DNA from: a virus
Lineage: Duplodnaviria; Caudoviricetes
Direction: 5' to 3' (one strand)
IMG/VR virus record: IMGVR_UViG_3300020042_003425
Location: 1 to 32,988 of that record
Length of the DNA stretch: 32,988 nt
Part shown: in pieces, positions 19,470 to 27,676 of the stretch
Layout of the letters: the number at the start of each line of letters is the position of its first letter
Numbering within the stretch: the first letter of the stretch is position 1
The notes under the pieces: model-generated
Databases searched by the model: none
Seen by the model: the letters and a program-made list of their open reading frames with translations, nothing else
What the model was told of the DNA's origin: nothing
Program-made: the position numbers and the translations under genes

Positions 19470-19731
19470 AAAAGGTAACTTCAAGTTACCATGAACTTAC
19501 CCATGAACTTACCGCTGTAAGCTAGACGTGACAAGGTTCTACGTTAAAAGGTAAGCTCGGTAAGTTCATTTTTAAAATTTAGAAAAAAAATTATTTTTTG
19601 TTTTTTAAGAACCTATATAGATGAACTTACCTTTTTCATTTTATAAAAAATAAAATAATGGTTTCAAAATCTTGCGATTGAAAGTTAGGTAAGTTTGTTG
19701 GTAAGTTTGCGGTAACTTGAAGTTACCTTTT
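19470..19731. repeat. Putative replication origin: terminal palindromes, iterons and AT-rich tracts
   Basis: Exact 21-bp inverted repeat at 19470-19490 and 19711-19731, each containing the palindrome GGTAACTT(C/G)AAGTTACC; ATGAACTTACC at 19491, 19503, 19621 and inverted at 19559; GGTAAGTTTG at 19688 and 19700; A/T tracts at 19570-19620 and 19632-19670. Confidence 0.75.
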
Positions 19732-19835
19732 TTGATGATTCTTTAGACGAAAAAATGAGGGGTAGAGCGCCCCTCGAGCGAGATAAAACAAAAATGAGCC
19801 CCCACTATATACAAAAGTTTTAAAAAACACAAGCG

Positions 19836-19864
19836 TTGACAACAATTGTTTGGCGCTGTAGAAT
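19836..19864 (+). promoter_or_regulatory. Near-consensus sigma70 promoter driving the replication operon
   Basis: TTGACA (19836-19841), 17 bp, TAGAAT (19859-19864). Confidence 0.85.
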
Positions 19865-19893
19865 ACACCCATAACTTAGAAAGTGAGAAATAA

Positions 19894-21381
19894 ATGTTTA
19901 AGACAAAACCGTTTGAGCACCAGCTGGAAGCTTTACGCCTGATGGAAGATAAACGCGCCTACGCTTTATTAATGGAGCAAGGGACGGGTAAGACTAAGTG
20001 CCTAATCGATGACGCCGCACGCCTCTATGGTAAGGGGCAGATTAACGCGCTCGTAGTTATTGCCCCTAATGGTGTTCACCGTAACTGGATCATTAATGAG
20101 ATCCCGGCGCACTTACCTGACTGGGCCCATAGAAAATGTGCCTGGTGGGCCAGCAACATGAAGGTCGCTGAAAAGAAAGCGTACGACGCGTTATTTGTTA
20201 CGGAAGATTGTTTGCGCGTGTTTACTATGAACATTGAGGCCCTCGCAACTAAAAAAGGTTTAGAGGCTTTAACTAAGCTGCTTAAAACATTTAACTCTTA
20301 CTTAGTCGTGGATGAGTCTAGCAAGATTAAGAATCACCAGGCTGTGCGTACAAAAAATTTGTTAAAGACGGCATCTTTTGCTAAGTACCGACGTATTGCT
20401 ACAGGGACACCGGTAACACAGTCACCGTTAGATGTGTACACACAGTTTGCTTTTCTTGATGAGGAGATCATTAACATCCCTAGCTACTTTGTGTTTAAGG
20501 CCCGCTACGCTGAGCTGGTGGATGAAAGCAGTCACATTATGCGTCACATTATGCAACGCTCTGGGGCCAGACGTGCGCCACAATTGGTGGCCAAAGATAA
20601 AAGCGGAAAACCGTTGTATAAAAATATGGAAGAGCTTCAGACTAAAATAGCTAAGTACTCTTACCGCGTGCTTAAAAAAGACTGCTTGGACCTACCTGCT
20701 AAGTTATACCAGCGTCGTTATTTTGAATTGTCTGACGAGCAAGTTCGATTGTATAAACAAATCGTCGATGACTTAAGGATAGATTTTGCTGATGGTGAGA
20801 CTGTGACAATGTCAAAACTGACTGCGGTTTTGCGTTTGCAACAAATTACGTCTGGTTTTGTGCCTAACGCTGACGGCACACTAATGGAAATTTGCGAATT
20901 AGACAAAAATCCGCGTATTCAGGCCTTGGCTGAGGAGCTAGAAGAGGTGACTGGTAAGGTCATTATTTGGGCCAGGTTTACTAAAGACATTAAGAACATT
21001 TTAGAATTTTTAAACAAGACATACGGGCCGCAGTGTGCAGTAGCGTATTATGGTGCGGTAGATGATGATACCCGGGCGGCTAACGTAAAAGCTTTCCAGG
21101 AGAATCCAGAGGCCAGGTTCTTTATTGGTAACCAGCAGGCTGGCGGTACAGGGTTAACATTAACTGCAGCGAGTACGGTGATCTATTATTCTAATGACTT
21201 TAATTTAGAAAACAGGTTACAATCCGAAGACCGGGCGCACCGTATTGGTCAGAAAAATAATGTGACTTACGTTGACATTGAGGCAGTAAGTACTGTAGAC
21301 ACCAGAATTATTAACGCGCTACGTACAAAGAAAGACGTGGCATCACTGATTACTAAAGACCCGTGGACGGAGTGGATTTGA
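19894..21381 (+). CDS. SNF2-family (SF2) helicase/ATPase
   Basis: MEQGTGKT (Walker A), VDESSKIKN (motif II), TGTP, GGTGLTL, QSEDRAHRIGQ (motif VI). Confidence 0.93.
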   Translation: MFKTKPFEHQLEALRLMEDKRAYALLMEQGTGKTKCLIDDAARLYGKGQINALVVIAPNGVHRNWIINEIPAHLPDWAHRKCAWWASNMKVAEKKAYDALFVTEDCLRVFTMNIEALATKKGLEALTKLLKTFNSYLVVDESSKIKNHQAVRTKNLLKTASFAKYRRIATGTPVTQSPLDVYTQFAFLDEEIINIPSYFVFKARYAELVDESSHIMRHIMQRSGARRAPQLVAKDKSGKPLYKNMEELQTKIAKYSYRVLKKDCLDLPAKLYQRRYFELSDEQVRLYKQIVDDLRIDFADGETVTMSKLTAVLRLQQITSGFVPNADGTLMEICELDKNPRIQALAEELEEVTGKVIIWARFTKDIKNILEFLNKTYGPQCAVAYYGAVDDDTRAANVKAFQENPEARFFIGNQQAGGTGLTLTAASTVIYYSNDFNLENRLQSEDRAHRIGQKNNVTYVDIEAVSTVDTRIINALRTKKDVASLITKDPWTEWI

Positions 21382-21725
21382 TGGCTAAAGTTTATATAAC
21401 GCAAGAAAAAGGCCGTAAGGTTGACGGACAATGGGTACGAGAGTTTGATCTCACGCCTGCTTTAAAGTATGGCGAGATTGAGATTCTGTTACCACCAGGC
21501 CAAAGCTTGTTTGGTACGGTGCCTGTAGTTCGGGCACTAAAAGAAAAGCTTAAAAACTTTACTGACGATGATTACTTGTTACCTATTGGCGACCCTTCAG
21601 TGATGATCGCCGCTGGTATGGTGGCGAGTCACATTAATCATGGGAAGGTAAAGATTTTAAAGTGGGACCGCATTATGGGTGATTATATAGCAGTACAATT
21701 TGACTTATCAGGAAAGGCAATTTAA
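21381..21725 (+). CDS. Hypothetical phage protein (start probably ATG 21381)
   Basis: TGATG coupling; KYGE..LL and DDYLLPIGDP patterns recalled from phage replication regions. Confidence 0.7.
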   Translation: MAKVYITQEKGRKVDGQWVREFDLTPALKYGEIEILLPPGQSLFGTVPVVRALKEKLKNFTDDDYLLPIGDPSVMIAAGMVASHINHGKVKILKWDRIMGDYIAVQFDLSGKAI

Positions 21726-21726
21726 T

Positions 21727-22257
21727 ATGAACGAAGAAAGTGTAGAAATTAGTGTGTCTAATGACGCGTTGCAACAGATCTCTATATTGGCGCTACAACA
21801 ATTAAGTTTAGAGAATACTATTAGCGAGATGGAAAACGCGATTAAAAAACTAGGTGAAGACCTACGTAAAGTGCAAGAGGTAGACTTACCTAATGCAATG
21901 GCTGAGGCTGGTATGAAGGCCTTTACCTTAAACAATGGCGCTAAGATTACTATTAAAGACGACGTGGCTGTGTCGATCCCTAAAGATCAGAAATACCAAG
22001 CGTATCAGTGGCTGCGCGATAACGGTTTCGGTGACGTTATTAAGCACAATGTGGTCGTTGAGTTTGGTAAAGAGGACGACGAGGCGGCGCTTAAACTTAT
22101 GCAGTACTGCGAAAAACAAGGCAAGCACGCTGAAGATCAGCAGTCTGTTCACTCACAAACACTAAAGGCCCTGGTTAAAGAGCAGCTAGCCAAGGGTAAA
22201 GAGATACCGCTTGATTTGTTTGGGGCGTACCCATATAGCAAGGCGGTCATCAAGTAA
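21727..22257 (+). CDS. Hypothetical replication-region protein (coiled coil plus WLR..G.GD.IK domain); start probably ATG 21727
   Basis: GGAAAGG upstream of ATG 21727; N-terminal coiled coil; usual position ahead of SSB-like genes. Confidence 0.65.
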   Translation: MNEESVEISVSNDALQQISILALQQLSLENTISEMENAIKKLGEDLRKVQEVDLPNAMAEAGMKAFTLNNGAKITIKDDVAVSIPKDQKYQAYQWLRDNGFGDVIKHNVVVEFGKEDDEAALKLMQYCEKQGKHAEDQQSVHSQTLKALVKEQLAKGKEIPLDLFGAYPYSKAVIK

Positions 22258-22384
22258 GAATTGGAAGAAAGCGCACGATATATTGTGCTCAACTTCATAA
22301 ACCGACGCGAGTATTCCAACCTAAGTAGTGCCTCTTGAGCTTGGGGGAGGTTAAACATCCCAGGCAATTTTAAGGAGAAATATT

Positions 22385-23194
22385 ATGGCTGACGCCAAAA
22401 ACCAAGTAGCAGAAGTAAAAAACACAGCGGTAGCATTAGCAACCATGTATGAGGAAGATATTGGAGCAGGGTTTGAGCAGGCAGACAAAGACGCCTATGC
22501 TATTCCGTTTCTATCAATTCTACAGGCTGGGTCACCGCAGGTTAAGAAATCTGATGGCGCTTACATTAAGGGCGCTGAGGAGGGTTTCTTGTTTAACTCT
22601 GTTACGCAAGAAGTGATTGACGGAACCAACGGTGCGACTGTTATTCCTTGCTACTACACACGCCGCTTTGTTAAGTGGGGCGCTCGCGATGCGGGCGGTG
22701 GTTTCAAGGGTGAGTTTTTACCTACGGATCTAATCATTGGTAGCGCTAAGGAGGTTGACGGTCGTTTATTGTTAGCTGACTCAAGTGGCGCCTTTAATCC
22801 AAAAACAAGCGACATCTTGGTAGACACACGTAACCACTACGTACTGATTTTGAGCGACAACGGCTACAGCCCTGCGTTGATCTCTATCAGCTCTACACAG
22901 ATCAAGAAGTCACGCCAATGGATGAGCAAGATGGACGGTATCAAATTGCGCCGCGCAGATGGCACGATGTTTACTGCACCAATGTTCAGCCACTCTTACA
23001 AGCTATCGACAGTTCCAGAGTCTAACGACAAAGGTAGTTGGTACGGTTGGAAGGTGGAGACTGGTGGTCTTGTTGAAGATGCTGGTTTATATCAGGCAGC
23101 TAAGGCATTCCGTGATGCCGTTGGCGCTGGTGAAGTTAAGGCCGCACAACCTGCGGGCGACAATGTCGCTGCAGATAGCGCCGAAGACTTTTAA
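22385..23194 (+). CDS. Putative single-stranded DNA-binding protein
   Basis: Strong RBS TAAGGAG; IPFL.ILQ..SPQV and N.KGSWYGW; acidic-aromatic C-terminal tail DSAEDF. Confidence 0.65.
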   Translation: MADAKNQVAEVKNTAVALATMYEEDIGAGFEQADKDAYAIPFLSILQAGSPQVKKSDGAYIKGAEEGFLFNSVTQEVIDGTNGATVIPCYYTRRFVKWGARDAGGGFKGEFLPTDLIIGSAKEVDGRLLLADSSGAFNPKTSDILVDTRNHYVLILSDNGYSPALISISSTQIKKSRQWMSKMDGIKLRRADGTMFTAPMFSHSYKLSTVPESNDKGSWYGWKVETGGLVEDAGLYQAAKAFRDAVGAGEVKAAQPAGDNVAADSAEDF

Positions 23195-23196
23195 AA

Positions 23197-23275
23197 ACGT
23201 GGCGTAGCTGAAACTGCGCATCGGTCCTTAAAACGGACGCCGGATACCGTAACCGGCCCTTATATCTTATAACGT
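23197..23275 (+). ncRNA. Candidate structured RNA element (three consecutive hairpins) between SSB and primase
   Basis: GCGTAG/CTGCGC (23202-23219), GTCC/GGAC (23224-23238), GCCGG/CCGGC (23239-23257); possible ACGT/ACGT closing stem. Confidence 0.4.
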
Positions 23276-23292
23276 CTGCGAGAAATACAATA

Positions 23293-24810
23293 ATGAGTAA
23301 AATTGAAGAACGGTTTTTCAATCTATTTAATGGGCTCACAAGAGCCTATGGCGAGTTTAAACTATCAGGTGTTTTGCGTGATGGGGTAAAGGTTGAGGGC
23401 CGAGCTAGTACGGTAAAGGGTGAGTTGACACTCGCGCATTGGCGCGATCACCTTGACGGTAAAACTGGCCTGGGTATTATCCCAATTACAGACAATGGAA
23501 CCGTTTACTGGGGCGCGATTGACGTTGACGTTTACCCAGTAGACTTTGAGGGCCTTCAAGAAAAGATCAATAACTTAAAGCTGCCCCTACTAATGTGCAA
23601 ATCCAAAAGTGGCGGCGCACACATTTATTTATTCTTTAACGAGGCAGTTAATGCTGCCCTAGTACGCGGTAAGTTGATGTCTATTGCATCAGCGCTTGGG
23701 TACCCTAAGGTTGAGATCTACCCAAAACAAATTCGCCTGGCCTCTACCCGAGACATTGGTAACTGGCTAAATATGCCGTACTTCAACGCTGAAAAGACAC
23801 AGCGCTACGGGATGCTCGACGGTAAGACGGCAATGGGCGTCAAAGAATTTTTAACTAAGGCTGAAGACATGCGCATCAACGCGGATGATCTTAACGCTAT
23901 CAAGACAGGCACTGAGGCGTTTTCTGATGGCCCACCTTGTTTACAAGCCTTGGCTGCAGCAAGTTTTCCTAGTGGATCACGTAACAATGGCCTGTTTGCT
24001 ATTGCTGTCTACGCACGCAATAAGTTTCCTGATGGCTGGGAAAAAGAGGTAGAAGACGCTAACCAAAAGTACATGCAGCCGCCCCTATCAGGGCGTGAGG
24101 TGCTGATGGTTAATCGATCAGCCGGCAAGAAGACCTACGCGTACAATTGCTCACAAAATCCGATCAATGAGTACTGCGTTAAAGACATTTGTAAGCACCG
24201 TAAGTACGGCATTGGTGGTATTAATGAGGAGGACATGCTTGGCAAGTATAACTTTGGTGGCATCACTAAGATTAAGACTAACCCGCCACTGTGGATATTT
24301 GAAGTTAACGCCTCGCGTATTGAGCTTGAGACAGACGACATTATGAATTTTTTACGTTTCCGTAAAAAGTTTTTTGAGACGAATGACACGCTGCTGCCAA
24401 TGGTAAAGCAGGAAATTTGGAACAAGCTGATTGAAGAAAAGACGCAGATGATGGAGCACATGGACGCACCAAGTGACGCAGACCCAGAGGGTCGTCTGTG
24501 GTACCTGCTTGATGCATTTTGTACGGGCCAGTCCCAGGGTATTACTAAGGAAGACATTTTAATGGGCCGTCCGTATCATGATAGTGATGATCACACCGTC
24601 ATGTTTAGATCGGCCGACTTTATACGCTTTCTAGATCAGCAGCACTTTAGGGCCGTTGCTGGGATGCATATTTGGGCAGCACTTCGTCGACGTGGGGCCA
24701 CGTACAAGCAGATTAAAATTAAAGGGAAGGTTACCAACGTGTGGATCATTCCAGAGTTTAGTCACCAGGTACAGGCGTTTGATGTGCCAGCGAGTACGCA
24801 GGACTTCTAA
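23293..24810 (+). CDS. Archaeo-eukaryotic-type primase (AEP) with PriCT-like and Cys-cluster domains
   Basis: WGAIDVD (motif I), SKSGGAHIY (motif II), EIYPKQ...GNWLNMP; GSRNNGLF (PriCT-like); C-x8-C-x4-C; no P-loop seen. Confidence 0.82.
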   Translation: MSKIEERFFNLFNGLTRAYGEFKLSGVLRDGVKVEGRASTVKGELTLAHWRDHLDGKTGLGIIPITDNGTVYWGAIDVDVYPVDFEGLQEKINNLKLPLLMCKSKSGGAHIYLFFNEAVNAALVRGKLMSIASALGYPKVEIYPKQIRLASTRDIGNWLNMPYFNAEKTQRYGMLDGKTAMGVKEFLTKAEDMRINADDLNAIKTGTEAFSDGPPCLQALAAASFPSGSRNNGLFAIAVYARNKFPDGWEKEVEDANQKYMQPPLSGREVLMVNRSAGKKTYAYNCSQNPINEYCVKDICKHRKYGIGGINEEDMLGKYNFGGITKIKTNPPLWIFEVNASRIELETDDIMNFLRFRKKFFETNDTLLPMVKQEIWNKLIEEKTQMMEHMDAPSDADPEGRLWYLLDAFCTGQSQGITKEDILMGRPYHDSDDHTVMFRSADFIRFLDQQHFRAVAGMHIWAALRRRGATYKQIKIKGKVTNVWIIPEFSHQVQAFDVPASTQDF

Positions 24811-26348
24811 TGCTAATTGCGTCGAACCAGACTCTTATCTTGGGAGCACCAGGGTGTGGCAAGACTACCACTCTTTTAAATTGCATAGAGCAGCATCTAG
24901 AGGATGGGGTACCGTCACACCGGATTGCTTACGTGTCATTTACTAAGAAGGCGGTACAGGAGGCCACCGAACGTACGATCTCAAGATTTGGTGGTTCAGT
25001 GGCCGACTACCCTTACTTTAGGACACTTCATAGTTTATGTTTTAGGCAGATAGGGGCAGAGAATGGTAAGATTTTCGACGCGGCTCAGAAAAAGATGTTT
25101 GGTAAGTTTATTGGCGTTGATTTTGCTGATATGGGTGATGATTCTGTTAATGGTATTACCATTGGTTCTTCTCGTGAAGATTGGTGCCTACTGGTTGAAA
25201 ACCTTGCTAGGAATAGACTAGTATCGATCGAAGATCAGTATGCCAGGGAAGATTACCCGCCGGCAGACATTCACATGGTTCGTTATTTCTCTGAGGCATT
25301 AAAGCGCTTTAAGAGCGACAACTTTTTGTTAGACTTTACTGACATGCTGACAACTTTTGTAGCAACAGGCAAGGCTATTGATGTTGACGTGGCTATCATA
25401 GATGAGGCTCAGGATTTGAGCCCGCTGCAGTGGGAGGTTGTTAAGACAGCCTTTAAAAATGCTAAAAAAGTCTACATTGCGGGTGACGATGATCAGGCAA
25501 TTCATGAGTGGGCCGGGGCTGACATTGAGAAATTTTTGTCTCTAGAGGGTGAGCAGATTATCTTGGGCCAGTCTTACCGGATTCCACATAAAGTGTGGGA
25601 GCTGTCTCAGAGTATTATCAAGCCAGTGTCAAAAAGATTTGACAAAGTGTTTATGTCACGTAAAGAGCCTGGAACGATTCAAAATTATGGCATGATTGAC
25701 ATGATCATCCCAGAAAAGTTAGAGGGCTCTAGCATGTGGTTGGCTCGACATGTTTACTTGTTACCTAAGATGGAGGCCATGCTTAAGTCTGCCGGGATTA
25801 TATTTAATCGCCGCGGTGGTGGCAGCAGCGTATCAAAAGCTGACCGGGAGGCAATCTATCACTGGGAGCAATTACGGGCCGGGCATGAAATTTCAGGACG
25901 CTTAGTAAGAGACGTATACTCTTACATGGAGGGTAAAGGTAGGATTGCACACGGCTTTAAAGTCAAGGTTGAAAAATCTTTGGACACCAACGGCCTGTAT
26001 AAGATGCTAGATCTTAAGTCTGATTGGGGTTTACTTATAGACGGCCCCTGGTTTGAGGCACTGAATAAAATTGGCGACGACAATAAAAATTATTATTTGT
26101 CTATTTTGCGTAAGCACGGATCAAAGGCCCTGATCAGCCCACCCACGGCGACCGTCAATACAATCCACGGTGTTAAGGGTGGCGAGGCAGATCACGTAAT
26201 CATTATGACGGACCTTACTAAACGCACTTACGATAGCTACGTTAATAACCCTGACGCTGAGCGCCGAGTGTTTTACGTAGGCGTCACTAGGGCCAAAAAA
26301 CATTTACACATTATTCAGCCTAACGGCATCTATAATTTTATGCTATAA
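24810..26348 (+). CDS. UvrD/Rep-family (SF1) helicase
   Basis: GAPGCGKTT, FRTLHS, IIDEAQD, GDDDQAI, QSYR, TIHGVKGGE, YVGVTRAK. Confidence 0.93.
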   Translation: MLIASNQTLILGAPGCGKTTTLLNCIEQHLEDGVPSHRIAYVSFTKKAVQEATERTISRFGGSVADYPYFRTLHSLCFRQIGAENGKIFDAAQKKMFGKFIGVDFADMGDDSVNGITIGSSREDWCLLVENLARNRLVSIEDQYAREDYPPADIHMVRYFSEALKRFKSDNFLLDFTDMLTTFVATGKAIDVDVAIIDEAQDLSPLQWEVVKTAFKNAKKVYIAGDDDQAIHEWAGADIEKFLSLEGEQIILGQSYRIPHKVWELSQSIIKPVSKRFDKVFMSRKEPGTIQNYGMIDMIIPEKLEGSSMWLARHVYLLPKMEAMLKSAGIIFNRRGGGSSVSKADREAIYHWEQLRAGHEISGRLVRDVYSYMEGKGRIAHGFKVKVEKSLDTNGLYKMLDLKSDWGLLIDGPWFEALNKIGDDNKNYYLSILRKHGSKALISPPTATVNTIHGVKGGEADHVIIMTDLTKRTYDSYVNNPDAERRVFYVGVTRAKKHLHIIQPNGIYNFML

Positions 26349-26352
26349 AGTG

Positions 26353-26380
26353 TTGACATTTATTTCCTGTCCTGTATAAT
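26353..26380 (+). promoter_or_regulatory. Consensus sigma70 promoter, repeated promoter-leader cassette copy 1
   Basis: TTGACA (26353-26358), 16 bp, TATAAT (26375-26380); followed by TTACATGGTCGATT and TAGAAAGAGGAGAAAG. Confidence 0.85.
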
Positions 26381-26424
26381 AGTTACATGGTCGATTAAGA
26401 CCTAACTAGAAAGAGGAGAAAGAC

Positions 26425-26715
26425 ATGACAACAACAGCACAAATCGTAGCACAACGTTTAGTAGAGATCCACGCAGCTAAGGCTATTCTTGAAGAGCAAT
26501 ACGAGGCAGCTAAGAAAGAATTGTTGGCCCTTGGTGTTCAAGAGGTAGCGTTAGAGTTAGCGACTGTTAAAGTAACAGAGGGTATCCGCGGTACTTTAGA
26601 CAGCAAGGCAGTGGTTGCAACGCTTGGTCAATCATGGGTTGACGATCACACTAACTTAACGGCTTACAAGCAAGTTCGCGTAACATACAAAGCTGCAGCT
26701 AGAAAGGTGGCGTAA
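26425..26715 (+). CDS. Hypothetical early protein (coiled-coil N-terminus)
   Basis: Strong promoter and GAGGAG RBS. Confidence 0.75.
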   Translation: MTTTAQIVAQRLVEIHAAKAILEEQYEAAKKELLALGVQEVALELATVKVTEGIRGTLDSKAVVATLGQSWVDDHTNLTAYKQVRVTYKAAARKVA

Positions 26716-26716
26716 G

Positions 26717-27079
26717 ATGACAAATTTAAACTTGTGGTTACTGGATGGTGAAGCCTTAGTTAAGTACTACCATCCACAGACGGAAAACGAGGCCGTGTTG
26801 TTTAACGCTCTCAAAACACTGCTCCAAGATAAAGATTGGAAAGAGACGGAGATTGATGACGAGATCTATAATCTCAACGAGGAGATTGAAAAGCTGACCG
26901 ATGAAAATCACAATCTTGATTCGCAGCTTGATAAGTACAAAGATTTTTTTGGTTATATCTCTGCAGCGTACGACAAGGTTGACGGTACCTGGCCTAAGTG
27001 CGAGATTGATAACGACAACTGGACCCAAGCTATTTATGATCACATAGTGAATAACCCACTAAAAACCGATGAGGGCTGA
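26717..27079 (+). CDS. Hypothetical acidic coiled-coil protein
   Basis: AAGGTGG upstream; packed tightly in the operon. Confidence 0.7.
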   Translation: MTNLNLWLLDGEALVKYYHPQTENEAVLFNALKTLLQDKDWKETEIDDEIYNLNEEIEKLTDENHNLDSQLDKYKDFFGYISAAYDKVDGTWPKCEIDNDNWTQAIYDHIVNNPLKTDEG

Positions 27080-27275
27080 TCCCCTCATTCCAGGTAAGGC
27101 TTACCGCGTCCGCCACGGCAAGATTGTGGTGGACGTTATTGCGTCCAACCCTTGTGACGCAATTTTAATTATCGCTAAAATGAAAGGACTGATTGATGAA
27201 TATTCTGGAAGAGGCGGAGATGATGATTTACGGGGACCGGGAAAAGACGTATGGCCACCCGGCAGTGAACCTTGA
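27069..27275 (+). CDS. Small hypothetical protein
   Basis: Fills the gap between neighbours; its 3' end overlaps the DUF6378 gene. Confidence 0.5.
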   Translation: MRADPLIPGKAYRVRHGKIVVDVIASNPCDAILIIAKMKGLIDEYSGRGGDDDLRGPGKDVWPPGSEP

Positions 27276-27486
27276 GCGCATCGCACACTTGTGGCAGGCT
27301 TACTTGGTTGCCGCTATTCAAAGCAAAGACGAGTTTGAATTTTCCGCAGAGAACGTGGCCTGGATGATGGTGCTGGTAAAGATGGCACGTCAGATGAACA
27401 AAAGTAAACGCGACAACCTAATTGACGCGGCTGGTTATATTGCACTAATTGAAAGGATTGAAGATGGTAGCAAAGAGAGCAACTAA
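27196..27486 (+). CDS. DUF6378-like protein (all-alpha nucleotide pyrophosphohydrolase-related)
   Basis: ILEEA...IYGDR...YG.P..N..RIA.LW..YL, VA.MM.L.K.AR, DN.ID.AGY. Confidence 0.82.
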   Translation: MNILEEAEMMIYGDREKTYGHPAVNLERIAHLWQAYLVAAIQSKDEFEFSAENVAWMMVLVKMARQMNKSKRDNLIDAAGYIALIERIEDGSKESN

Positions 27487-27676
27487 ACGTAGCAAGGGCG
27501 GTACACCTTATCCACAGTGGGCATGGTGGATCCCGGGGGAGTGTGTGGTTGAGTTGATTAGACGGGGACACTTCCCCACTACATTAATTGTAAAGATGCC
27601 TGACAATCGCGAGATTGAAATTGATGAGAACGATCTAGAACAAGAGAGCAGGTTTAAATGGGTTTCCCCAACTTAA
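27464..27676 (+). CDS. Small hypothetical protein (start probably ATG 27464)
   Basis: GAAAGGA RBS; GHFPTT motif. Confidence 0.6.
   Translation: MVAKRATKRSKGGTPYPQWAWWIPGECVVELIRRGHFPTTLIVKMPDNREIEIDENDLEQESRFKWVSPT

Noticed and set aside
19470-19731. CRISPR array or MITE
   Set aside because: Repeats are 10-21 bp, in both orientations, without regular unique spacers; no cas or transposase gene and no target-site duplication seen.
18826-19893. Lysogeny switch (cI/cro) implying a temperate phage
   Set aside because: The HTH lacks a peptidase domain, and no integrase, att site or partition genes are visible; lifestyle cannot be called from this window.
23197-23275. tRNA gene
   Set aside because: No 7-bp acceptor stem, no TTCRA T-loop and no canonical anticodon arm.
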